A stretch of DNA of 63,999 nucleotides, the filler included, from Bigelowiella natans CCMP2755 (Eukaryota; Protista; Cercozoa), in the NCBI GenBank assembly GCA_000320545.1. It is 9 parts of 9 records of this genome, joined end to end, with 100 filler letters (N's around TTAATTAATTAA, not from the genome) between each part and the next. Parts side by side here need not be neighbours in the genome. Positions count along the whole stretch, not along the records: positions 48,682 to 51,813 come from ADNK01000101.1; positions 51,914 to 57,358 come from ADNK01002259.1; positions 57,459 to 60,966 come from ADNK01002162.1; positions 61,067 to 62,898 come from ADNK01003691.1; positions 62,999 to 63,999 come from ADNK01001174.1; 4 more parts are not named here. One strand, given 5' to 3'. The notes beneath the pieces are model-generated. The model made no database searches, was not told the DNA's origin, and worked only from the letters and a program-made list of their open reading frames with translations. Of the stretch, positions 51,592 through 63,028 are shown piece by piece. The stretch's first letter is position 1, and the number at the start of each line of letters is the position of its first letter. The position numbers and the translations under genes are program-made.

Positions 51592-51813
51592 AGGGCAGCT
51601 TCCAAATTGAGCATTCAACAAGATATGCTTGCGAACGAATAGTTGACGGAGGAATCCATCTTCCCCACCTTTCCGACAAACTATGTTGTTAGCGTCTGGA
51701 TGAGAGCAAACCACCCCAATGGAAAAGGTAAAGGAAAGAATAAAGGGGGGAGGGGAGGGTTGCTTTCTCTCGAAAAATTCTTCCCTTGAGGGGGGCCGGA
51801 GGGGGAATCTGAA

Positions 51814-51913
51814 NNNNNNNNNNNNNNNNNNNNNNNNNNNNNNNNNNNNNNNNNNNNTTAATTAATTAANNNNNNNNNNNNNNNNNNNNNNNNNNNNNNN
51901 NNNNNNNNNNNNN
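51814..51913. other. Artificial contig spacer
   Basis: 100-bp N run containing TTAATTAATTAA. Confidence 0.98.
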
Positions 51914-51923
51914 GTTGCGTTGC

Positions 51924-52097
51924 CCATCGCCATCATCATCACCATCTTCTTCTTCTTCTTCTTCGTTATCCATACTAAAAATACGTCGTCACCCGCCACC
52001 CGCACCCCCATCGCCATCATCATCACCATCTTCTTCTTCTTCTCCTTCTTCGTTATCCATACTAAAAATACGTCGTCACCCGCCACCCGCACCCCCA
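51924..52097. repeat. Tandem duplication of an about 85-bp unit
   Basis: ccatcgccatcatcatcaccatc(ttc)n-gttatccatactaaaaatacgtcgtcacccgccacccgcacccc occurs twice in tandem. Confidence 0.88.
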
Positions 52098-52220
52098 CCA
52101 CCACCTCAATAGTCCGTTTCGAGGCATGGTTGCTCCTCGAGGCACTTACCGTACGATCTGCTACAAAGCCACGTCAGATACCTTTCAGGTCACAAGACTA
52201 CAGCAAGAAGAAGAGGCGAT

Positions 52221-52258
<38 letters not shown>

Positions 52259-52475
52259 ATGATGATGCCAATTAGAGCAATCAAGGCTGAGGGTGGGGGT
52301 GGGGGGATAGGGAGGAGGGCGGTTTCAGAGGAGATTTAGCATTGGGCTGTTGTTGTTATCGTTGTTGCATTTCGGTCAAGTATTCATCGCACGTAAGTGG
52401 TGTTGGTGGGTATTGAAGAAGAAGCACGGTATTATCGTTGTTTGTAATGGTTGTGCATCGTCGTCATCGTCATTG

Positions 52476-52511
<36 letters not shown>

Positions 52512-52668
52512 CTGCACTTTAGGAAGTCATCATCGCGGCGCAAATGACGCACGAGCATCTGCCCTCCTCGTACAGTATAATTATTACCATAATGACGTCC
52601 ATGCCTTCTTAATTTCACACTACTTTCCTCTATAATCATGTCCTTTCTCTCCCAGCCCCCGCCCCTGC

Positions 52669-52709
<41 letters not shown>

Positions 52710-53770
52710 GTGTGTGTGTGTGTGTGTGTGCGTGCGTGCCTGCATTCTCTCTCCTTTCTCTTACTTCTCGTTTCCTTGACATCGTCGCATGTGGTAGATC
52801 TTTGTGTGGTGTGCATGTGTGCGCAAGAGATGAAGGGAGAGGAGGCGTGGTGATGAATTATGTGCTTACATTTGCGACTTTCTCTTGTTCCAAGGTATGA
52901 GAGGGCGTTCCAAGATCTGTTCTTCGAGTGAAGAGGTGGCCGCATATCGTCGCTGTGAAGTGTCCTCTACCTAGCTAGCGGAACAATAATAAAGCAGCAG
53001 CTGCCTAAAGATCTAGTAATGGCGACTCTCATACGATGCGCATATCTAGATATGCTTGGCAGTAGCCTTCTACGATAATTACGCATGCGTCCCAGCTGAC
53101 GGCACCGGCACGCCTTCTAGCTGCTAGACATATTCTAGATTGCCTATTATAAATGTATGCGAACATCTAGAGCTAATATAATTAGCTGGTGTAAAATGAC
53201 TGAGCACACTACGAGTAGAACATACAAGTATATATGTGTATACGTAATATTTTCATGCATAATAAATGAGCTTTCTAGCTTTGCGATCAGAAATGCTTTA
53301 GTACGCACTCGATATACATTCGCGCATCATCAGGAACGTACCTGCTAACCTGTACTATAGCTGCACGCCGTACCCTGCTATGAGCTGAAGGAACGCTCAT
53401 ATTGCAAGATCTAGAGATTGGCAGTGTTATGCTAATACGCTACCAATCTAGCAATAATGTGCATACACATCTAGTAGACACATCTAGCACGTCTAGCGTT
53501 TCTAGCGTGTGTCGTCGCATATCTGTCAGTTGATGCTGGAACAAGCCGTGCTAGCGTACGTGCAGCACGCAAGCACCTTAGGTGCGTCCACAGAAGAAAC
53601 GAATTTTAATAATACGGTCTCACAACGTGTGCTTCTGTGAGCTTATTCATTTCAGTCAAAAATAATCCTTGGAGTCGTTCCCGACATCAAAAGAATTCGA
53701 GATATTCAATACACATATAACAAATCAAAATAGCATCGTCATGCAAGAGCCCATCGGAACGATCTCATAG

Positions 53771-54278
53771 CTAATTATGAGGCGCTTTGTAGGGCCGCAT
53801 AGCCTTGCCCTGGCCCCCGATATACCTACATGATGATGATCGCGACGACGAGATCATATCGAATGGCATTTGGACGGGATACAACATGCAAGAGGTGGCA
53901 AGGAAGAAGACCCACCATGATATGAATGCAGGCACGTTGTGCAGCCCCTTCCGATCCATGTCTGCACCGCAGCATTAGCACGTATTTTCCAAGTGTGAGA
54001 AGAAGCAAACGGGTCGAGGTGGGGTGCCGCTCAGAATTAAAAGCATGCTCGGCGTCATCGTCGTTGGACTTGTTTTGCTAGACTATAACTATATGCGGTT
54101 ACTACTACTATTACTACTACTACTACTATCTACTTATTATTATCATTACCAGGAATGCTTATGGAGTTTCCAGAATTCGGGTAGAGCCTGACATTTTTCG
54201 ATTCAGTTTATGCATGACGTATGCATTTCTTTCTTGCCAATTTCACATTTTCTTTGGAAGATATCCATATAAATATTT

Positions 54279-54338
<60 letters not shown>

Positions 54339-55772
54339 AAAAAATTATGTGTGTTGCATGCATGATGTCGCCATGGTAGCCGTAGCAAATTGCAGCAGCA
54401 GCAGCAGCATCGTCCTGCAGCTCAAGCACACAAACGCACCCCGCCCTGGCCATCTTTCCTGATCGAGATCGACATGGTTTCTTCAACCTCCACATCTGCA
54501 AAAGCAAATGCAAGCAGGATCATCATCCTCCTCAAGTCGCTCGCTTTAGGTGGCATTCATTCCTAAGCTAGATAACACATCATCACGCCGAGAGCACCAC
54601 CCATCCTCTATCATAGCTCTTCCTGCAGGGTCTCTTCCTCCCCCCTCATCTTATGCATAGCATCGTTGATCGCGGATGATGCAGCTGCATTCATGTCGCA
54701 GTGGTAGAGGCATACCTTGTGGTGAAGGACGTCTCCTACCTCATTGACGTAACTCACGATGAACATCTTTGCAGCATCACCAGGGTCGCCTGCCGGGACA
54801 CACGATATCGAGTTAAGTTGCGTGATTATGCGTGCTTTATTCGCGCGCAGCTGCAATCCAGATTGACGCTCACTAGGTAGTATCGTGGTCATCGAGTTTT
54901 CTTCTTCTTCTTCTTCTTCTTCTTCTTCTTCTTCCTTCTCTTCTATTGAACATGACGCGTTATTACCTGCACGTATCTCTCCCGGTCGGAGAAGGTAAAC
55001 ACCTCTATACATGCAGGTAGAGGAGTAGTAGTGAGAGGAGCCAGCAGAAACCCCCGCACCGCACACGCACACGCACACATGCAATTTACTTTTATGAAAA
55101 ATTTAGGTTTTGAGAGAGGTGGAGAAATAGATAGGGGGGAGGGGAGAAGATGGCTAACCTTTCTCCATGCTCTTTCAGCATAGTCTCTGCATGCTGTCTG
55201 TGTGTTGTTGTAGTACAAAGACGAGACGTGCCAGACAGGCAGTACCCGGGTGATGATATTTATGATGATGATGATGATAACAATGATGATGATATGATTC
55301 CAAAAAGAGAGGACAGAAGTCGCATGTGGTGACGAGGAAGCCGCCCAGCGAGCATCCAGAAAACGAATCACGCATCGAATGCATCTTCCCTTGCAAGGGA
55401 ACGAGGACCGGTCATCATGCAAAAGCACCTCGACGAATACCGCACGCGCCGTCGTGGCTAGAGCTCACATGTAGCGCGCGCAATGCCGGTGTGTTTCTTC
55501 ATGCGTTTGCGTATAAGAACAATGCGCCATCTCGCATTGCCGCTGTATATTATTATCACCGGGTGAGGAGTTGGTAGTAGCAGTCGAGGTGTTCCAAGTT
55601 GAGGTCAGTCGCTGCCAGAAGAGTAAATACCCAGGTGAGATTATTCCCATCACAGGTCAATGAGGGGATTGCATTTCGATGGGGAAGAGGAGGAGGGGGA
55701 ACACTTACCATCAAGGATATTCCTCACAATCACGTACGTCACGTACAGGCATAAGAACTGTGCCATAGTAGC

Positions 55773-55803
<31 letters not shown>

Positions 55804-56179
55804 ATAGTATCAGCAGTGGTAGTCGTGAGTCTTAGTCGTAGTAGCACCAGCAGGGACAAACATGGCCACGAATCAAAAACTTTATACTCTCTTCTATTTA
55901 ATGGAAATTGCCTTGTGCATGCTAAATACCCCCCGCCCACACAACCGAACACCATATGATGGGCGGTTACTTATGAAGCCAACGCTCTTACTACTAAATG
56001 GGATTTTGCGAGCGGGCGCTGTATATCTCGGTGTGTGAGGCTACTATCACCAACCAGCAGCATAGCCAATGTCATCATAAACCTGGCGGGGAGGAGGAGG
56101 AGGGGGGGAGAGAGGAGGAGATATAGAGATGCCGGTAAGATCGACGTTGATTACGATATAAATCCAACTTAAATACACG

Positions 56180-56217
<38 letters not shown>

Positions 56218-56545
56218 CGCATGCGCATGCGCATGCGCGCTCACGCGCATAGTACATGTATATATAAACAATAAGAGCAGCATCAGCATTCGATAAATAG
56301 TGGTTGTAGTAGTAGTAGTAGTAGTAGCACCATCTTGGGCTTGTCAAGACGTGATATGCTTCCTGGGAAATAGCTCCAACTGGGTAGTAGTAGGAGGAGG
56401 AGAAGGAGGAGGAGGATGAGGGGAGGGGGGGGGGGGGAAGGGGGGGGCGAAGAAGAAGTTGAATAAGAAGAAAAAGAAGAGATGCAAGTTCTATATCACA
56501 TCAACACACACAAACTGTAGCATACTAAGTAAATGCCTTGGCTAG

Positions 56546-56586
<41 letters not shown>

Positions 56587-56700
56587 TGTGTGTGTGTGTG
56601 TGCGTGCGTGCGTGTGTGTGTGTGTGTTTCATCACATCAGGACCATAAGGTGATAAAGGCGCCTCCTCCACCTCATCATACCGTACCGATGATTCCAGGA
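53771..56700 (-). CDS. Hypothetical multi-exon protein, possibly membrane-associated
   Basis: Exon-like segments between microsatellite introns (VYDDIGYAAGW; VTYVIVRNILDG; GNNLTWVFTLLAATDL; AAKMFIVSYVNE; PAFISWWVFFLATSCMLY); no family assigned. Confidence 0.4.
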
Positions 56701-56781
56701 AAGGGGAGGGGGGGAGGGGAGGGTGACAAGAATGAGAGACTGGTGGACAGAGATCGTAAAGAGAGAAAGAGAGAGGGAGAG

Positions 56782-56827
<46 letters not shown>

Positions 56828-56830
56828 TCA

Positions 56831-56867
<37 letters not shown>

Positions 56868-57358
56868 ATATTTATATATAAATGTAGATATAGCTATCAA
56901 TTATCACTTTGTTGTAATGCGCCGGAGACTCTCGTTGTCCTTCCCTCTGTTCTCTCCCCCCCCCCCCCTTTTTTTTAATTATTATATTATCAACATAATC
57001 TGAAGACTCCCCCCCCCCCCATCCCAATATTTCCCCAACGTTGGGGAGGTTGGCCAAAAACTCCCCCCCAGTTGAAATGTTTACTACCACTCTTCCAAAA
57101 GGAAGGAAAAAAAAAAAAAGAAGGGGGGGGGGGGGAAAAAAAAACAAGGGGGGGGGGGGGGGGGGGGGGGGGGGGGAGAAAAAATCTTGGGGTGGGAACC
57201 AAACCCCAAAACAAAAAAAACAAAATAGAATTTTTTTTTTTTTTGGGGTTTTTAGAGGTTTTTTAAAACCCCTTAAAAGGGGGACCTGAAAAAAGGCTCG
57301 TTTTTTATCCAGGGAAAAAAAAAAAATTTTTTTTTTTTTTTTAAAAAAAAACAAGAAT

Positions 57359-57458
57359 NNNNNNNNNNNNNNNNNNNNNNNNNNNNNNNNNNNNNNNNNN
57401 NNTTAATTAATTAANNNNNNNNNNNNNNNNNNNNNNNNNNNNNNNNNNNNNNNNNNNN
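57359..57458. other. Artificial contig spacer
   Basis: 100-bp N run containing TTAATTAATTAA. Confidence 0.98.
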
Positions 57459-57626
57459 GCAGCTCAGACTGCAGCATATCTCCACAACGTCACTCACATC
57501 GCAGCACTCTGGTAAAAAAACGCTAAAGAACTACTGCACCATGAGCAACCAAATCTAAAGAATCTAACTACCTGGGGATGCATCGGAGTAAACCACATCG
57601 ACAAGGAACTCCGACCTGCAGGTGGT

Positions 57627-59690
57627 ATGGGTGCTAGAGGTGAATACGTACGTATGTTGGGATATGACGATAGATTTGGTACTTTTCTCGTCGCCACGAA
57701 GACGCTGAAAATTAAAAGAGTCCGTGTAACTAAATGGTACCACACAGTGTTTAAGTTTCCTTCGCTGAAGAGAAACAAAGTTAGTGATTCGGCTTTGGCG
57801 TACCTTTATCCAGAAGGTCCTGCCGACGCGGACGCCCCCGAACCATCCAGTGCAACTGACGAGTTGCCAGAGGATGGTGGGCCTGAAACAAAAGCAAAAA
57901 GTAAGCCTCGAAGGTCGAATAGAGAAAATAGGGGAGTACCTGGTATTCGTTACGGAATACTTGGTAGCTATTACGACCGCCTGATGAATATAAAAGCTCC
58001 ATCAGTACATGAGATCGAGGACCTTCCTAAGACGTATGACGATGCAATCACAGGAGATGATAAGAAGCATTGGATACCTTCTACGGAAGAGGAACTGCAC
58101 CAGCTTCGAAAACTTGGAACGTTTACGCTGGTAGTGCGACCTAAGGATACAAATTTCGTTACATCTAAATGGGTATTCAAGAAGAAAATAAATGTAGACT
58201 ATACCATTCGGTATAAGTCAAGGCTGGTCGCGCGAGGGTTCACGCAGATCCCGGGAGAAGACTCCTTCTTCTCTTATTCCCCGACGTTGTCCCTAAATAG
58301 TTTTCGGATAATGTTAGCCATAGCATCTATCCTCAAGCTAAAACTACACGGGATAGATATACTTACAGCTTTCCTAACTGGAAAGATGGACTGTAAAGTA
58401 TACATGGAAATACCTAAAGGGTGGAAGCCGAAGACACCTGATGAAATCCGGCTATACAACAGTGGCCTTCCACTAGCCCTACTGGTAAATAAAAGCATTT
58501 ATGGGCTGACACAAGCAAGTGCAATATTCAGCCTTACCTTGCTCGAGCATCTCAACGCCATTGGCTTCGTCCAGCTTTACTCCGATCCTTGCCTAATGAT
58601 AATGCACAGACAAGGAAGAATCATCATATTGTCATGTTTCGTGGATGACATATGCATAGCATATCAAGATAAGAAAGACCTGGACTTTGTCATGAAGCGA
58701 ATAGGCGACAAGTTTGAGTTTCGCGATGAAGGCGAGCTAAAGAAAACACTGGGCATAAGAGTTGGTAGCGACAATGAGGGAAACTATTGGATATCGCAGG
58801 AAGATTACCTCACCAGACTCGCCCAGAAGTATGATATCACGCCTACGAAAAGAGCAAAAACACCAATGATAACAGGATCAAAGTTAGACGAATACGTGGA
58901 ACATGAAAAAGTAGATCAGAAGGCATACAGATCCATCATAGGAGCAGCAATGTATGCAGCGGTGGCTACTAGGCCAGACATCTGCTACACTCTATCTCGT
59001 CTAGCTTCCTACAGTCAAGATCCTAGAACTATACACTACATCGCTGCAGTGCGCTTACTACAATATCTGGTCAACACAAAGGACAAAAGAATTACCTTTA
59101 AAGCAGCGTCCAAACCTGAGCTTAAAGCCTACGTCGATGCTTCCTGGAAGACCTGCAAGAAAACGGGTAAATCATATTCAGGATATTTCATATCGCTAAG
59201 CAACGCACCTGTTGTCTGGAAGAGCAACAAGCAAAAGGTCGTTGCTATGTCCAGTGGCGAGGCTGAGTACATAGCATTATCAGATATATGCAGAGAGTTA
59301 GTGTATGTCACTCAGTTACTACAGGAGTTAAAAATGAAAATACCGAACCCTGTACCTGTGTATTGTGACTCTCAAGCAGCTATCTCCATTGCAGCCAAGC
59401 CTGGATTCACACAGAAAGGCAAGAACATAAGGATAGAATATCACAATGTTCGTGATAACTATCAAACCAAGCAGATCTGCATAAACAAAATACCTGGGGA
59501 GGACAATCCCGCTGATATACTTACCAAGGCTCTACCAGGACCTAGCAACAAGAAACACTGTGATTTCTTGTTCCCTATATCATACAGAGAAAAACTAACC
59601 ATCATGCTACAAGGCACCAGAAAAAGAAAAATAACAACAAAGGCTCTACCTTACAAGCTCCCTCGCCTTGTCGGCCCCACGTCCGCTTAG
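57627..59690 (+). CDS. Copia pol (RT plus RNase H); same frame continues upstream to the contig start through an in-frame TAA at 57513-57515
   Basis: SKWVFKKK, YKSRLVARGFTQ, DILTAFL, KSIYGLTQA, FVDD, YRSIIG..MY..TRPDI, AYVDASW, SSGEAEYIAL, YCDSQAAI, NPADILTKAL. Upstream AAQTAAYLHN..W*K..PNLKNLTTWGC is integrase-like. Confidence 0.95.
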   Translation: MGARGEYVRMLGYDDRFGTFLVATKTLKIKRVRVTKWYHTVFKFPSLKRNKVSDSALAYLYPEGPADADAPEPSSATDELPEDGGPETKAKSKPRRSNRENRGVPGIRYGILGSYYDRLMNIKAPSVHEIEDLPKTYDDAITGDDKKHWIPSTEEELHQLRKLGTFTLVVRPKDTNFVTSKWVFKKKINVDYTIRYKSRLVARGFTQIPGEDSFFSYSPTLSLNSFRIMLAIASILKLKLHGIDILTAFLTGKMDCKVYMEIPKGWKPKTPDEIRLYNSGLPLALLVNKSIYGLTQASAIFSLTLLEHLNAIGFVQLYSDPCLMIMHRQGRIIILSCFVDDICIAYQDKKDLDFVMKRIGDKFEFRDEGELKKTLGIRVGSDNEGNYWISQEDYLTRLAQKYDITPTKRAKTPMITGSKLDEYVEHEKVDQKAYRSIIGAAMYAAVATRPDICYTLSRLASYSQDPRTIHYIAAVRLLQYLVNTKDKRITFKAASKPELKAYVDASWKTCKKTGKSYSGYFISLSNAPVVWKSNKQKVVAMSSGEAEYIALSDICRELVYVTQLLQELKMKIPNPVPVYCDSQAAISIAAKPGFTQKGKNIRIEYHNVRDNYQTKQICINKIPGEDNPADILTKALPGPSNKKHCDFLFPISYREKLTIMLQGTRKRKITTKALPYKLPRLVGPTSA

Positions 59691-60464
59691 ACGCCCTATA
59701 AAAGCCCCACGTCCATCTAGAAACCTACAACATATGAACATATAGGCTGCAAGGTTTTAATGGCACACATCTTTATATGTGTGTACCTTTCCTTGCGTAT
59801 CTTACTATGGACTATATGCACAGCTATGTGCACAGCTCCGATGGGGGCGAATGTAAATTACGCTATGGATTATATAATTGCACAGTGTCTGTCTTCCAGA
59901 CACTGCACAATCATGGGGGCGAATGTGGAACAAAGACAGGATACCTACAAAACAAGAACAAGATATAAGGCTATATACTACGAGATACCTACGAAATTAA
60001 AAATAAATAAGACAGAAAAAAACTGCCTTCCCTGTGTGGAGGTGTGGAAGAACAATGTCGCTATGACCAGAGTATGATGCCTTCAGACCCACGAAGGCAG
60101 ACTGTATTCTCTTCGGCATTCCTTCTCGATCTGGCATGGCTGCAACCCAGCCAGCCAACAGTATTTGGAGCCCAGCCCGCAATTTCGTCTCTCAGGGAAG
60201 AGCTCCATTGGGGGACGTGGACGTGTACGTAGCTCGCCTCATCACAAGAGGTGGGGCAAGGTGAAGAGTTAAAAGCACGGTCGATCGAAGTTCCTAAATT
60301 TGGGGACCTGGGGACCTGACTATGGGAAACCAGATCGGTGTTCCAGAATGTTCCAGAATGTTCCAGAATGTTTTCTGGAAGCACGTGAGGGATTCCAGAA
60401 TTTTTTCTGGAAGCACACTGGTGTCGTTTAAAAAATTAATTTTTTGGACAAGTCCCAGTTCGTA

Positions 60465-60966
60465 CCGAAATGGTGGCACCTTGCCCAGTCAGGCAAGAAT
60501 TTTTCCTGCCGATTTCGGAGTGCACCATGCCCATGGCACCTTGCCCAGTTGCAAGCCTGGGAATTTTGTGCCTCTGCACAGAGTTTCAGGCGTCTGGTGG
60601 TGCGATGTTTGGTCGGCAAAATTTTGCCAACCATTCGGACTCCGAAACCTTTGGGAATGGCGTCCATGTGCAGCACCGTGCAAAAGTTCTGTCACCATGG
60701 CAGAAATGGCACGTGCACATCAGCACTCTGATCGTGGTCACCACGTCCATGGGGGCGTGTCAGCGGTCTGGCCGCGCCACCCACGATCAAGGAGCTGTCG
60801 CAGCATGCGCACGTCCACTCGTGCTGCACGCTGCGCTGCGCACATGCGCATGGAAGTTCTCAGAACTTCGGGAATCTTCGAGAAGCTTCGAGATCTTCCA
60901 GAAGCTTCGAGACATTCCGGAAGATTCGAGAATCTTCCAGAATCTTCGAGAGCATTCCGAAGCTTC
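60465..60966. other. TpA-free tract F at the Copia 3' end/LTR
   Basis: No TA dinucleotide in 502 bp, whereas the pol ORF upstream is TA-rich. Confidence 0.9.
60852..60966. promoter_or_regulatory. Heat-shock-element-like array (alternating nGAAn/nTTCn) in the putative LTR
   Basis: TTCggGAAtcTTCgaGAAgcTTC...TTCcgGAAgaTTCgaGAAtcTTCcaGAAtcTTC; a shorter (gTTCcaGAAt)x3 array lies at 60340-60369. Confidence 0.6.
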
Positions 60967-61066
60967 NNNNNNNNNNNNNNNNNNNNNNNNNNNNNNNNNN
61001 NNNNNNNNNNTTAATTAATTAANNNNNNNNNNNNNNNNNNNNNNNNNNNNNNNNNNNNNNNNNNNN
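60967..61066. other. Artificial contig spacer
   Basis: 100-bp N run containing TTAATTAATTAA. Confidence 0.98.
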
Positions 61067-61106
<40 letters not shown>

Positions 61107-61152
61107 GCACACACACACACACGCACAGAGAAGACGCGAGAAAGAGAGAGAG

Positions 61153-61191
<39 letters not shown>

Positions 61192-61234
61192 TAACGACCT
61201 GCAAATCTGACGCGTTTTTGCCATCCAACTTCTA

Positions 61235-61750
61235 GGAGGGGGAAAGAGACTTGTAGTGTCTGGGCTTGATCGCGGAACAAGTACCACCTGCAGCAGCCAC
61301 ATGATATACACAAATACACACTCGCAGAGCACACACCCACACATACTCACAAGCACGCAAACTCACACACATGATATACACAAATACACACTCGCAGAGC
61401 ACACACCCACACATACTCACAAGCACGCAAACTCACACACACTCACACGCGCGCGCGTGCGCGCGCAAAACAAAGCCAAGCGTTCTTTTTCTTCACGCAG
61501 CTTGTCTCACGACGCTCATTGTCTCTCTCAATAGATAAACGAATGATCAGCGAGGCTTTTGATATATTCGGCGACTGCAGGATCGTGGTAAGAACCGACA
61601 ACTGCGCACGCATAGGCGCCTCTGCATCGCCATCTCCTAGAAAAGCGTGGTGGTTCTAAAGCCAGTTTTGAAATGATAGCTCCAAGTGGCGATCGATGTA
61701 TTATACGGCTTCATAATTGTTGTGTTCCGAGAAGTGAGTATGTGTCTGTA

Positions 61751-61793
<43 letters not shown>

Positions 61794-62000
61794 ATATATT
61801 GTGGAACTGGTTTTATTAGAATACTAATCATTTGTGTGCGTGGTGCGTGTGTGCTTGTGTGTGTGCTTGTGTGTGTGCTTGTGTGTGTGCTTGTGTGTGT
61901 GCTTGTGTGTGTGCTTGTGTGTGTGTGTGTGTGCTCATCTTCGGTGTACAGAATACATTTAGGGATGAAGCTACAATCGAGTAATAAATAACACAGAGCG

Positions 62001-62037
<37 letters not shown>

Positions 62038-62290
62038 CCTCATCAGCCCGAGCGTATGCGTGGTGGCGCATAATGCGTATATTACAGCACGCGGGATGGG
62101 GGGGAGGGGGGAACTTCCGGGGGAATTTCCGTGTGAATATATCAATATATTGTTATAGTGTGTGCATTTGCCTTACAAGAGAGGCCTTCTTCAGGTGATG
62201 TACATAACCTTACCAGCGTGTGTTGTATTGGCACCTAGATTCGATGATGCGCGTGATGCAAGGGAGGCTCAGAAGGAAATGGATGGTATT
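61235..62290 (+). CDS. RRM-containing (SR-protein-like) gene fragment
   Basis: Short exons GGKRLVVSGLDRGT, DKRMISEAFDIFGDCRIV, FDDARDAREAQKEMDG follow RRM topology. Confidence 0.55.
61299..61440. repeat. Tandem duplication of a 70-bp CA-rich unit
   Basis: acatgatatacacaaatacacactcgcagagcacacacccacacatactcacaagcacgcaaactcacac occurs twice. Confidence 0.88.
61847..61920. repeat. 12-bp minisatellite (GTGTGTGCTTGT)n
   Basis: About six tandem units. Confidence 0.85.
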
Positions 62291-62549
62291 CAAGCTCTGC
62301 ATTCAAGCTCTGCATTCCGCACATTTTCGCACTCCGCCGATAGCACGATGGACGCGCAGTGTTGTTATTATGTAGTTCACACTCGGTTCTCTCGCCGTCC
62401 GCTGTTCTTTGCAATACGTAGGCGATCACATTTTAGGCGTGAAAGTAGCGGTCCGGTTTGACACCGGAGGCGGGGGGGGGGGAGGGGGACGGCGCGGGAG
62501 GAGCCCGGAAAGGGGAGGGAGAGGAGGACGGGAAGGTTAGATGTACATG

Positions 62550-62590
<41 letters not shown>

Positions 62591-62898
62591 ATGTACTGTA
62601 TATAATATTTAAATTGTATAATGAGTTGTTAGCTATAGCGCTGATTCGATTGTTGCGTTTGCTGACCAGAGCGCAGAGGCCGCTTCGGGGACCGTGATAG
62701 GAGAGGGGGCGCAGGTGCCGTGCGAGAGGCGAGGGGAACGGATTTACATATGCACGAATGATACTGATGACAACAACAATGATGATGATGATGATGATGA
62801 TGATGATAATGATGGTGATGATGGTGACGATGGAATGGGAGAGCGGCAATGGTTATAGTGGTGGTGGTGAGGATGATGATGAGGATGAGGATGAAGAC

Positions 62899-62998
62899 NN
62901 NNNNNNNNNNNNNNNNNNNNNNNNNNNNNNNNNNNNNNNNNNTTAATTAATTAANNNNNNNNNNNNNNNNNNNNNNNNNNNNNNNNNNNNNNNNNNNN
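62899..62998. other. Artificial contig spacer
   Basis: 100-bp N run containing TTAATTAATTAA. Confidence 0.98.
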
Positions 62999-63028
62999 AT
63001 ACTCCATCCCACACCCCAAATAGTTTAC

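Larger units (their letters stand above)
57459..60966 (+). mobile_element. Ty1/Copia LTR retrotransposon, 3' half (integrase end, RT, RNase H, 3' region, probable start of 3' LTR)
   Basis: Domain order integrase-RT-RNaseH; PPT-like ATGGGGGCG followed by TGT at 59841, 59913 and 60749. Confidence 0.92.

Noticed and set aside
55560-55760. GPCR call from FTLLAATDL (LAxxD-like)
   Set aside because: A single short motif; a seven-helix model could not be assembled by eye.
56940-57358. Homopolymer-rich G/A/T sequence at contig ends (also about 29620-29860, 29986-30125, 31750-31920, 49050-49170)
   Set aside because: Looks like low-quality read tails after poly-G/C runs. It corrupts a known Nbp35 motif at about 29770-29825, which supports artefact.
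60340-60966. Possible CRISPR-like or satellite array
   Set aside because: Short 10-bp periodic units with no unique spacers and no cas genes; eukaryotic LTR context.
21572-62998. Recurrent TTAATTAATTAA motif within N runs
   Set aside because: Identical 100-bp synthetic spacers used to concatenate contigs. They are not biological, so no gene-cluster inference was made across them.
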